64,000 nt of DNA, from the NCBI GenBank assembly GCA_001244265.2, contig CDLV01000012.1:372001-436000 (forward strand). Direction: 5' to 3'. This document shows, one piece after another, positions 52,317 to 64,000 of the stretch. Under the pieces are notes generated by a model. That model was not told the DNA's origin, made no database searches, and saw only the letters and a list, made by a program, of their open reading frames with translations. The translations under genes and the position numbers were made by a program. Source of the stretch: Microbotryum violaceum. Lineage: Eukaryota. The number at the start of each line of letters is the position of its first letter. Position 1 is the stretch's first letter.

Positions 52317-55300
52317 ATGTCGTCCCTCCCAGCTTCGTCAAGCGCACTCGGGCAAACGGACCAATCGTACAAGGCGATCGTCGACTACCTCACCAAACGA
52401 GGTCACCTCAAAGCCGTCGCCGAACTACAAACCGACTTGGCCAACAGCAACACTTCCGCCGCAGCTGGCAACACCTCGGGCAGTGCCACCGGCAACGCCT
52501 CGACTTCGACCGCTGGTGGAGGCGCCGCAGCTGCCTCGTCCTCTTCTTCCCATCCGGCTTCCCCCGCTGCTGCTCTGAACGGAGGCGGCAAAGCGGTGGG
52601 ATTGGATGATTTCGCACATCGCAATGCGCCTAGTCAACCCACCAGTCGAGCCCAGACCGGCGGCGCTGCAGGGGAACGTAGGGGTCCGGATCAGGCCGTC
52701 GCCGCGGGGCAGATGTTGGCCGATCCGCCGAGTTGGGAGAAAGGTTACGAGGGTCTGACCGCTTTTGTTCATAATGTGAGTCTGCACTGTGTGATGTATG
52801 AACCCGTTGCTGACACGGAGCGCTTCGCTTCTTCTTCCCCAGTCGCTCGATATCCATCGACCGGAATTGCAGCCCATCCTCTTGCCTCTCTTTGTGCATG
52901 CCTACCTTGACCTCGTCCTCGTCGGGTACAGAGATGCCGCCGACCAATTCATGAACCGGTGAGGGACTATTCCCCAATGAGACAGAGACCTCGCGCGAGA
53001 CCGCCACAACACTAACTTCATTTGGGTTCATCTTACAGCTTCGGACCCCACCATACCCCTTCCGATCCACACGTCGTCCGCATGCTCTCCTCCATCCGTA
53101 ACGCCGACCACGTCAAGGAATCCGAAGAAGCGACGAGGTGGAGGAAGGAATCGTACAATATCAGGTTGTCCGAACGAGGATGGGGGCTTTTGTTGGGTTG
53201 GTTGCAAGGCGGTGGACTGGCCTTGAGTTTGGAAGGCACCGAATCGAGGGGGAGGGATCGCGTGTTGGCAATCATCAACGAGAGGGTCAAGGTGGATGGT
53301 TAGTGCCGCATCAAAAATAGGAGAAGAATCGAAAGTGGTCACTGAATCACGCTTCCTCGACTCCCACAGCCATGCCGGGACCTCCTTCCAAAACACCGAC
53401 AGGCTACGGCCTCTTGTCCGATTTCGCGGGCAAAGAACCCTCCTCTAAAGCACTCGACCCTCTCAAACTTGGTCCCGCCCCCGTCGACCCCAATCTCGAA
53501 CGAGAGGTAGCTCGACAGGTTAAGGACGATGCCGCGCAGGATGCCATGGATACTTCGACGCCTTCCGCGAATGGCATCAATGGATCGACATCGACGAGTG
53601 AAGCGAAGGTAGGAGCCGGCTCGACCCCTCACGTGATCGATTTCGCCGATGCGTCACCTCACGCCGAAAACCTACCTCTCATCAATCCGGTCCCAAGTGA
53701 CATGCTCCCCATGCCGCAAACGTTACGAACGATCGACGTCATGCGCGAAGTGGAGAAAGTGAGGGAAGCGAGGAAGAGGATCAAGTTGAGTGCCGAGGCA
53801 TACGTCGCTGTGCCTGCCACAACGACGATGAATGGTGCGAATGGGGACAAAGTCGGCGTTCCTTTGGGTCAAGTCACTGAAGCGGCCAAACCGAGCGTGT
53901 GTATTTTCACGATCCATGACGCGGGAGACAGGTAGGTGCCAGAGGCTCCATGAGCATTCGTAGCGTACGAGCTTGTACTCATGCGAAATCAAGTCATTCT
54001 ACCCCAGTTTGACGACGACAGCTTTTTCGGACGATTCAACCATGATGGCCGCGGCGTTCTCGGATAGTTATATTCGGTTGTGGAGCCTCAAGGGGGGCAA
54101 GTTGCAGGCGTTCAAGAATGATCTCAATCCCGATGAAGTCAAAGAGGGTCAGTGCCAGTTAGATTTCATTCCATGACGTACAACCATGCTAATTCCAAAC
54201 GTTGCTCTCGCCACAGTGAATGACCTCAAAAAGATCCGAGAAAAAGCGGCCCCTACATCACGCAAACTGATCGGCCACTCCGGACCCGTCTACGCCGTCT
54301 CCTTTGACCCCGTTCCCGGACCCTCCGGCCCCCCACGCTACCTCCTCTCCGCATCCCAAGACGCGACAGTCCGCTTATGGTCCTTGGAAACGTTTACGAA
54401 CCTCGTTGCGTATCGAGGACATCGCGAGCCGGTTTGGGATGTCGAGTGGGGCCCGAGAGGGATTTATTTCGCTACGGCTAGTCGGGATCGGACGGCGAGG
54501 TTATGGAGTTCGGACAAGACCCATGCGTTGAGGATTTTTGCGGGGCATTTGAGTGATGTCAACGTGAGTGCTGGTAGTGCGAGATTGATGCGGGATTCTG
54601 CGGATAGGACGCATTGGCTGATTTTTAATCGTGCGTGCATTTATAGTGCGTGCGTTTCCACCCCAACTCGTTGTACATCGCCACCGGGTCGAGCGATCGA
54701 ACCTGTCGATTGTGGGATGTCCAGAAGGGAACTTGCGTGAGGGTATTCGTTGGACATCGGGATGCCGTCACGTGTCTGGCGATGAGTCCCGATGGACGAT
54801 ACCTTGCCAGTGCTGGTTAGTCAGATCCCTTCGAGCCCATTATAGACTAAGCCTGTACTGACCTTTCGTACGATCCCCCCCTTCCACAGCCGATGATCTC
54901 ACCATCAACCTCTGGGACCTCGCCTCGGGCCGGCTCATCAAATCGATGACCGGGCACACCAGTTCCATCTACTCCCTCTCCTTCTCCGCCGAATCGACCG
55001 TCCTAGTTTCAGGTTCAGCAGATGCCACCGTTCGCGTATGGGACGTCCTATCGAATCCTTACGCAGCGGAGATGAACGGGGAGCTCATTCCTGGATCGGG
55101 TCGCAGGGCTGGGATGGGAGGAAGTTTGGGTTCGGTGACGAGGATGAGTTTCGAGCAGGTTAAAGGATCGGCGAGGAGGGCGAGTTTGGTCGCGTCGGGG
55201 CTGGGTGGGGGTGGAGGAGGGGGAGGGGTGCGGGGGGGAATGCGGGAAGCGCGGCGGCGGGGGGGATGGGTTCGGGGGGGGTTTTAGGGGAAGGGGGTAA

Positions 55301-55529
55301 AGGTCAGTGGGTTAAGGGTACGTTGGCGGAGAAGGAGGCGAAGGAGAGGTGAGTTCAAGGGTGTTCTGCGTCAATCACGTACTCAGGTACATAGGTACTA
55401 ATTCGATGTTCCTCTTCCAGCCCCGATCTCTTGGCCACGTTAGCGACGAAACGGACCCCCGTGCTGGCGGTCAAGTTCACGCCGAGGAATTTGTGCATGG
55501 CCGCGGGGCCGATGCAGGACGTAGAGTAA
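52317..55529 (+). CDS. TAF5: TFIID/SAGA subunit Taf5 (LisH-like, NTD2, WD40), multi-exon; apparent frameshift in G-run near 55210-55230
   Basis: [53 protein letters not shown]-term [29 protein letters not shown]. Confidence 0.92.
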
Positions 55530-55783
55530 AACACAGGTGCTTTTTGCGACAATGAATTCTGTCTTTCAATTTTCTGGAAGAGTAGTTGTGGGGACGTGGG
55601 AGGAAGTCGTCGAAGCCCGATCCGAATTATTAGGATCTAAAGGCGGCCCTTCTAATGAGAACGATTATTATATAGAACGGCGGCAACTGAGCTGCGTGTG
55701 CGCCTGTGGAGCGCTGGAGCTGCGGCCGGCGTGCGCTGTCGCTGTCTCCGCCCCATCGTCGGCATCCGATCGTCGCGACCAGC

Positions 55784-57690
55784 ATGCAGTTGTTCGCCAC
55801 CTTGTTGCTCGCGAGCACAACAACCGTCGCACTAGCCGCTTCATCATCCACTGCTGCACAACTTCGACTCTCACCTGATCCTTCCGCCTCGACAAGAGGA
55901 GCGTCATCGTCGTCGGGTGGTGGTGAGGTGGTGGCGTTGACGGCTCAACAAGCCAATGCGGTTCTAGCTCATCATCTAGGTGTCGCACAATACGAACGCT
56001 TGCCTTCCTCTTCTTCAAGCAAGGGGAACGTGGATGACAAGTGGCAAGCGGCGCTAGGTGTAGGCCAGCCATGGACGACGGTCGAGGGGCAAAAGGTCGT
56101 CATCGTACTCGAGTGTGGACAGTACGGGTGCCAAGGTCAGTGGCGGGATGGTCCCACCCCCACGACGAGGGGATACACTGTGTATGATACTCATCTCTGG
56201 TCGCCGATCGCCACTCCGCTGAAAGATGCGATCCCATCCGAACTGAGCCAATCGCAACCGTTCGAGCTCCCTTCGTTGCCCGTGCACACATGGACCTCGG
56301 CCGTGTCCCTTCATCTTCATCGCCTCGCAGCGTCCCTCGGAATCGATCCCAAGTCATCGAAAGCCGTGTTGGGTCTCGAGCAGCTGACGGAGAGCATCAA
56401 ATCCGTGGCTGGATGGGCGGGGTGGGTAGGCGAAGAATTGGGTAGTGCAATTGGGTGGGCTCCGCTCAAGGTGAGTCGTGGTGGACCCCTGGCAAGATGG
56501 TCACGAGATGATGTGTGCGGTGCAATTCACAGAACAACTTCAAGGCTGCTGTCGAGCCCGTGCGATCGTCGCTTGGACTGCTCACCGACGTCGATCTTCT
56601 CGACAAGGTCAGTGCGAACCACTTGGACCAGCATCGTACAATGCACTGATCTAGGCTGAATTGGCGTGTACAGAGCTCTGCGACGCTTGTCACCGAACTC
56701 GAATCGCTTTCCAACATGGTCGAGAGCCTCGCCGCTTCGGCCCAGTCGAACGATAACGGGCCCCAAGCCGAGAAGCCCCAGATCGTTGCCCTCCACCTCA
56801 AGGGCCTCAAGGTATGTAGACCAAAGCGTGATCGGAATTTACAGTCTATGCTCAAGTACTGTTCCATGTTCGAATGACCCAACCTACAGGAAGTCGCCGC
56901 CGCGCACTCTCCGTCGTCCGAGACGTACCAACGTGCCGCGACTTTGCTCCGCTCGACCCTGAGTGCGACCCTTGCGGCCTTGCGTCAAGCCGCTGCCACG
57001 GACGAACAACCGACCGTTCTCCTCTTGACTTTACCGCCTTACTCTCCCCCCTTATTGCGTCGACGAGCCCCCTTCCTTGCACCCTTCGCTTCCTCCCCTG
57101 CGATCCCAGGCCAAGTCGCGCGACGAGGAGCACCGATGCATCTCCCTCACCAAGTCAAGCGCGCCTCTGTCTTCGTAGACCACTCCACCACCCAAGACGG
57201 TCGAGTCAAACGTGCCCCTTCGGACTCTGGGAAACCTCGTCAACCGGTCGTCCCCTCGCATTACCGCTGCTTCGAATCCGAAGCCGAACTCAATAACCTT
57301 ACAGCGTCATGTCTTGGACGTGGGGTGGGAGTGAAAGGCGTTTCGGCTGCTAGAAATGGAGGTACAGCAGATTGCTGGGTTTGTAGTTGTGGGAAGACAA
57401 CGGAAGAGGGCAAGACAAAGTCGTGGGCTGGACAGGGGTGCGAGAAGGAGGATCTTTCGGGGTCAGTGGTTTTGGCCTCCTCCACCTGATCTAGGACATT
57501 AACCGTCCAGAAACTGACTTTTCACCCCTTTCGGATTCCTAGCGACTTTGTCCTCCTCTTCTTCAGCGGCGTAGGCCTCCTAGGCATCCTCTTCGTGAGC
57601 GTTGGCCTCTTATACGGCGTCGGCAACGTCCAGTTACCCGGTACGCTCGCGAGCGTCAATGGTGCTGGAGTCGGTTCCAAACGTGATTAG
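55784..57690 (+). CDS. DUF3844 (Vps3844-like) type I membrane protein
   Basis: Signal peptide MQLFATLLLASTTTVALA; Cys-rich CFESEAELNNLTASCLGRG...CWVCSC...WAGQGCEKEDLS, then a TM helix and LYGVGNVQLPGTL. Confidence 0.75.
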
Positions 57691-58249
57691 AAGACGAAAC
57701 AAGAACTCGAGGATCCTTGGTCACATGTTTTCTTTGTTATATGGACTCTCGCGCCTTCGACTTCCCTTTGCTAGCGCCATGTCGTTCTGTTCCGCTTTTC
57801 GTTCTTTTTCCCTCCTTGTGCTTTGGAATGATTGACCTGTTTTGATAGAGAGATCGTACCCGTGTTGCGGTTGACAGAGAGCTGATGACCTTTCGTCTCT
57901 TGCAGAAGGTGACAAGAAGGGTTGTTGTTACACTACTCGCTACAGACACAGATAAAGAGCCAGGCCCCCGACAGCGTTGCTGAACTTGTTTCGTCTTGCC
58001 AACTCGCCTACACGACACCCCCGAGAAGACCGGGGCTCGATTTTCGACCTCGCGCGCGCAGCATGACTGTGGCTGTCATGGTGCGCACTTCACAAGGTGC
58101 CAAAGGACTCGTTCCGATCTCCCATGGACGAATCTGCTCGTTCCCTTAGTACGACGCGAAATCAGTCAAGAGTGCACTGCCCCACTCGAGTCTCCTAAAG
58201 TCTCCGCCGCAACGTACATCACCGCGCCTTCTCCAACCTGATGGGGGCG

Positions 58250-59194
58250 CCGTATCATCTTCAACCTCCTTTCCACAGGAGAGTAAAGCTTGCGCGGCCA
58301 CGAGCCTGACCACGATCGAGAGGGGCCTGAACTGGTTCCAGCTTGTCATCAAGACGTCCAAGTGGAGGGTGATAAGGTCGATGAGTATGTGCCATCCCCT
58401 GACGCTGGCATATGTGGAAAGTCGACTGCAGTGACTCACCCGACCCCGCCTGCATTGGCAGACTCGAGGTGTTGGGCGATCACACACTGCGGGCGTTTCA
58501 GTCTTGGGAAATTGATGCAGCTCCAAACTTCCACGGAGGAAGGAGGTATGTGCACCTCCCCACAGTCTCGGGAACGTGGCGTCCGTCCGTCATCGGTCGA
58601 CGACGGCGCGAGACCCGAAGCGGAGGCCCCTGTGCAGTCGTGAGGAGCTTTTAGGACTAGTTTCGCACCTTCTTGAATCTTGGCCCAGATTCCTTGCTTC
58701 CAAGACCGCTTCAGAGTCAAGGCATCCTGGTTCGAAGACGCTCCGTGATCTGTGCGAAAACATCAATTGCACCGTCAGGGTGAGGAGGCGCACCGAACTC
58801 ACCCATATCTTCCCCTGGCACACCGCACACACCATTCCCGTCCTCGTCACCACCGACGGGCAGGCCGACCTCCCCTTCCTAGACGACACCAAATCCCGCG
58901 GTTGGATCCTCAGTACCGTCCCTTCCAACGCGATCGAAAAATCCTTCGGGGAAGGTTGGAAATGGGCGGATTCGGCGATTGCCCAAGCGAACTTAAACTT
59001 GGGAAGGACGGGTTTCGTCGGAACGAATAATAGCCAAGTGGTGGTCCAGCGCCCGATAAGGGTGGTCTCTTTGTAGACTAGCTGGAAAACAAATTCTCGC
59101 TATCATTCTCAGTCAGTTGACGGAGTCGAGGATCCAGACGCACTATCATCAGGATCAAGCACTGACGAGGATGGTCGATAAATCGGGGACGTGA
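58250..59194 (+). pseudogene. Probable degenerate O-fucosyltransferase-like (GT-B) gene remnant
   Basis: PVLVTTDG...GW...WADSAIAQANLNLG..GFVGTNNSQ...RIQT resembles a fungal GT-B C-terminus; no intact upstream frame found. Confidence 0.35.
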
Positions 59195-59411
59195 ACCTAG
59201 ACCTAGACTAAAAGATACTTTTCACTCTCGTGAAAGGTAGCCGGCGCAGTGCTTGGTATTATATGATCTTCACGCAATGGGGTTTCTATGTTTTCCGAAC
59301 CAAGTAATCTAACATCACGGGATGCAACGGAAGGATCGGAAAAAGAGAGGGTAGAACGAGCTACAATATTCAAACATCTATGAATCCAACAAACACTGGC
59401 GCTTCAAACAC

Positions 59412-62400
59412 CTACCAATCCAAACACTGGCACTTGTCCTTCTGGTGCACATCGTCAGGACACTGATCCGCGATCATGGGATCCGTACAACCAAACACAA
59501 TGGGCCAACTGCGTTCGAGATGATGTCCTATTGCAGGGTTCGAGGGTCCACCTGAATCGTTCGCGCCCCATAGGTCGTGGATCCAATGACCATCGCGGGC
59601 TTCGAGTAGGGATGAGACATGGGCATAGCGCGCGTATTCGTTCGCCATAATTCGTCGACGTGAGACGGCAAATTGCGCAGACCATGCCGACTGCGACGGA
59701 CAGCAGAAAATTCATCAGTCTCGATCATACATGCTCATTACAGCGAAGCAGAGGAAACTTACGAGTTGACCCGTCGGGGGACATATATTCCCCGTGAAGA
59801 TGCTATAAAACGATTTAACATACTCGTACGTACCACGTCCTCTCCCATCAACTCCGCAATCAGTCCTTAACAACGGACCAAAGTGGGCAAACCCAGTATC
59901 AGGTCCAACGAGGTCAATACGAGGTTTCGCGATCCAGTCCCATGCTAGATGGGGCTGCAGGAAGAAGGTGTGGTCGGCGAGGACTCGGTTGGCGTCCCGC
60001 GGGGCGATGTGCTGCGCTGCGGCGCAGGTGTTGATCTCCGCGTCGAGGAGGGCGACAGTCGCGTTATAGTGTCGCAGGACGTGCTGTGTGATGAACGGCA
60101 ACAAAAACTGATCAGCAGGCTACTTTGTAATCGCGCTTCGCATTTGTGCGTATCGTCAAGGAGAGCAGCTCACCTGGAGATAGGTAGCCCCTTCGCGCCC
60201 GACATTCGGCAAACGAATCACCTCGTCATGCAACAACAAGCCCAGGGCCTCCCTCAACGTGTTTTCGTCATTTTGTCCCTTGTCGTACACCACGACCTTG
60301 TGGTCCCGATCTTGAACGAATGGAACAGCCCGCATAACTGCAATATGTTCCTTCGCAGCTTGAGTGTCTTCCTTGTAGTAGGACACGACGAGGTCGACCG
60401 AACGAGAGGTGACGCCGTTGATTTTGGGAACACTGCATAGACTCCCACGTGCGGTGGCGGGGAGGGCACGACATGCCATCTCGAGGCGGAGTCCCGAAGA
60501 CGGGTGCTGAATGATGAAGTAGAGTGAAGGGAGAAGGGGTAGAATGGCGGCACGGAGTGAGATCGACTTCGAGCCGGACGAGGAAGGGGGGTACTGCTTC
60601 TTTGGACTGAGCGACGGTATGATGGGTGAAGAAGCCATGGGTATGTCGGCGGCTGAGGACGGCAAGTGCGAGTACTTGCCTCGACTTTGAGTTACAGGGT
60701 GGATGAGGCGTGCCGCACGGGTGGCGAGGCACGAGTAGGAAGCGACGGTATCGGGATCGGCACAGAGAACCGCGAATGTGCCGCAGGCGAGGACGATGGC
60801 CATTTGGGACCAACTGGCTCGAAGGGGTACGCCATAGCGATCCATGGTCGACAGAATGAGGAGAGAAAAATTACGAGGGAATAATGCGATGGCCGAGTAC
60901 AGGGGAGAGGATGCGTATGCGAGCGATGCCAATAGAACAAGCTGAGACAACAGGTACCACCCTGAGAAAGCGAGAAAATCGAAAGTGGATTGCGGAGACC
61001 ACACGTCGTGAAGTTGATCGAGTTGGTGGATCAGCGGGACGATGCCCGGGATCAGAGTGGTTACAAAAGCGACCTAAAATCCATCAAAAGAAACGTTAAC
61101 GTCAGCGAATATGTTGATTGAGCACACAAGGAGAGCGCGGGCCACTCACGGAGGCTGCCCCTATCAGCATTTCCCCCGCGTGGTTCGGGTCAAGCAAGGC
61201 CTCGCGGAGGACTACGATGCGAGTCGCCTCAATGGGAACCCTTATTAAAGCCGCGGACAAGCCGATAGGGTCGGCTGGTGCCCCAATCAGGGAGAAGGCG
61301 ACGAGGAACGCCGTTGAGATCGCGATCGTCGACAGGGTCTGATTCGGCAGCCCGGCGCGAGTCGAGTTGGGCAAGAGCGAGTTGAGGGGTGTCGATACCG
61401 CGATCATGAGCATGAACGGGATGATCTGGACCTGTGATGATAATAAAACGACGACACATTCAGTACTCTTCGGGTTCTGAAGCTCAAGGCGCCTTTAAGA
61501 TTCCGTACCTCTACCGCAGCCGAAACTCGGCCGTCGAGCAAAGACACGGCTCGCATGCTCGCCATCAACGACATGGAACTCGTCAATCCCAACACCCGAC
61601 TCGTCCACACTCGACGAGAGTCGGTGTGGATACTGCCGACGTAAGGCATGACCCACATCCGCCAAGGTCGAGCGAAGGGCGATTTGTCGGACCTCACGCG
61701 ACCGTGCACGCTCGCCAACAGTCCCTGGACGAGAAAGTGACACAACGGTATGGTCAAGCTCGCCTCGGGGTGGTCGAGCACGGCACTCGGTAATTTGGTC
61801 GTCGAGATCGTGCTGAAGAGGATGTACAGCAGGGTGCTGCCTACTGCGATGGGCGAATGGGCCCAGACCGACGAGGCTCCCCCACTTGGCGACGGAGGCC
61901 TCTCGCGGTGGTGATTGAAGTGGAACGACGGTCCGACAGCCTCGTCGCCGGGACCGTCCCACTGCGAGCTGCGTTTGAGGTTGGAATGCGCCTCAAACGA
62001 AGCCGTGCGTTTGGCCCAGTCGTCTTGGCTCGACGGGTTGGTGTGTTGCACCGCGGTGAAATCGCCGACGTCGTGAGAGTCCGATGCGATCGCCTGATCG
62101 GCGCCGCCGCCGCCATTCGCAGCAGCATGATCCGAGCCTGTCTCCGCCGAGGAGGCCGACGGCGAGTTTGACGCACGGACTCGCTGGTTGCCGTTGGGGC
62201 TCAGTCTCGGAGGCGCGTTCAACTCGACCTTGCGTCGCATGTCGGGACTGCGTTGGGTCGTACTACCGTTGCCCGTACCTGTGCCATGCGCCGAACTGCT
62301 CGCTGTCGCATGCATCATATGCGGGTGATGGGTGGGGTGGTCACGCTGCTGGTCACGCTGAGATTCACGGTCAAAGTTAAACGAATACGCGCCGCTTGCC

Positions 62401-62702
62401 GTCGTCGGAGAGGGCGCCATGCTCGGCGCCGACGGAGAGGGCAAGACCTCGTCGTCGGCCTGAGCCTGCGCTCGATCTTGGGTTGTGTCCGGATGCGATG
62501 GTGACAGCGACGATGGCGACGGGGGCCGGGGTGGGCAACCAGATGACAGCGAAATTGCTGCAGGTACGGGTGCGCGCGCCTCGCCCTCCACAGAGCCATG
62601 GTGGTCATCGATCGTCCGAGGCAAGCGGTCCGAGCCCGGGCGAGCGAGCGAGTCGGTCCCAATTACCAAATGCCGATCACCCCTTGGGACGTAGCCGTAC
62701 AT
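59412..62702 (-). CDS. Multi-pass membrane (TPT/nucleotide-sugar-transporter-like) region fused to a DUF3431 domain; start may be 62702 or ~62419
   Basis: About 8-10 hydrophobic segments, including IGLSAALIRVPIEATRIVVLREALL; C-terminal DLVVSYYKED, VVVYDKG, LPNVGREGATYL, ADHTFFLQPH, GHHLERSWPIVFGC. Confidence 0.65.
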
Positions 62703-63131
62703 GCTCCAGGACTCTGTAGAACGCTGACGGACGAGAAAAGCGAGAGGCTCGGTAGAATACTCGAGAGGGAATCGTACAGATGAGCTAACTTAGGAGGGAG
62801 AGGGAAAGCCGGGAAGGGTATGAGCTCCAAAGGAACTTGGGGAGACGGATCGACGATGGGACATCGGACACCGTTGCGGAGCCGTGCGGACGGGCCCGGC
62901 GCAGCTGAGCTGCAGCCAGCCTGGCGCGTGCGCAACCCCACCAGCAGTACTCACTCGGTTCGGCTGCGAAGTGGCGCGCGCAGCAGAGCTAGCAGAGGCC
63001 AGCACTGCGCGCACTGCCAGCAATTCGGGCCGTTGCGCAGCGTCACTTTGAACCGCATACACCCACCCTCTCGTTCGCTCCGTCTCGCTACGAACGACGA
63101 TCGGATTCAATCGACCGACACCTCGACGACC

Positions 63132-64000
63132 ATGAGCCAACGCGACGACATTCTCACCTTCCTCGACCCCTCGGGAGCTCGCACGTCTTCTTTACCCTTT
63201 GATTTCTGCATCCTCATCACCGACACGTTGCAATCGCCCGGACTGTTTCTCGAAACCCACTTTATCCATCGCGCGCTGCGAGAGCAGAGACCGGTTCTCT
63301 TGCTGGGATTGAGCCAGGGGTTGAGCCATTACAGCTCCATCTTGAGGAAGAATGTGAGCAGGATGCGACGCATAGGATGTTCAGAACATGCTACTCACCT
63401 AGACCATCGTCTCGCAATCGAATAGGGGGTCCAACTTCAAAATGAACAACGGCTCAATCGATTCGCCTTTGTAGACGGAGCTCGACACGCCAATCACAAC
63501 GACTTGGTCAAGCTACTCGATGCGACAAGAGAAATGATACAAATACTAGGACCCCACCCACTGGTCCTCGTCGATGACTTGTCCTGTCCTCTCTGGCTCG
63601 GTAACTCGTCGAGCAACGTAGCGACGTGGTTCATGGCTCTTCGGGCGGTGGTAGCAGAGGTGAGCAAATGATCGCTCCATATAAGCTCGGATCAAAAACC
63701 GGTCTGATGAGATTGTCCGCGGGTCCTTTCTCAGGCCCAGGGATCCCTCGTCGTGCTCCTACACGGCGACGATACCTCCACCTCTTCACCGAACGAGGAC
63801 CTTCACCTCTTCCGAAGCGTACTTCAGCAATCCGATCTATGGCTTCAAACCACCTCTCTGGCTTCTCAAACGAGGGGAGAGGTACGTCGTATAGTGCCAG
63901 TCTTGAGCCGGGGAGACTCCCACTTCTCACGTCCGTCTCCTTCCTCCCTTCCGACGCTCAGCTCTCCATTCACCGAGGCCCAGCCCTAGTTGAAGACTAC
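63132..64000 (+). CDS. ELP6: Elongator subunit Elp6 (RecA-like), continues beyond window
   Basis: ILITDTLQSPGLFLETHFI...VLLLGLSQGLSHYSSILRKN|GVQL...FAFVDG; LVLVDDLS; SLVVLLHGD; DLWLQTTSLAS. Confidence 0.75.

Overview
Gene-dense, intron-rich fungal genomic DNA, fairly GC-rich, with short GT-AG introns. It is most likely from a Pucciniomycotina/Microbotryomycetes basidiomycete (inferred from protein style and intron pattern). About 21 protein-coding loci can be supported: a GAS2-domain protein, a NIMA/NEK kinase, a homeodomain TF, MRPS9, TRS120 head-to-head with BET5, MIS12, PAC4 head-to-head with RPC34, ATG4, ARF6, a full-length FREQUENCY (FRQ)-like clock protein, SLU7 head-to-head with TAF5, a DUF3844 protein, a transporter-like/DUF3431 fusion, ELP6, three disordered orphan proteins and a probable glycosyltransferase relic. 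There are two near-identical 3' fragments of an L1-like LINE, each ending about 125-130 bp upstream of a start codon. The top finding is the ~1256-aa FRQ homologue, which keeps the main conserved blocks in order and suggests an FRQ-type circadian oscillator in a basidiomycete. All family assignments come from recalled motifs; no database search was run.
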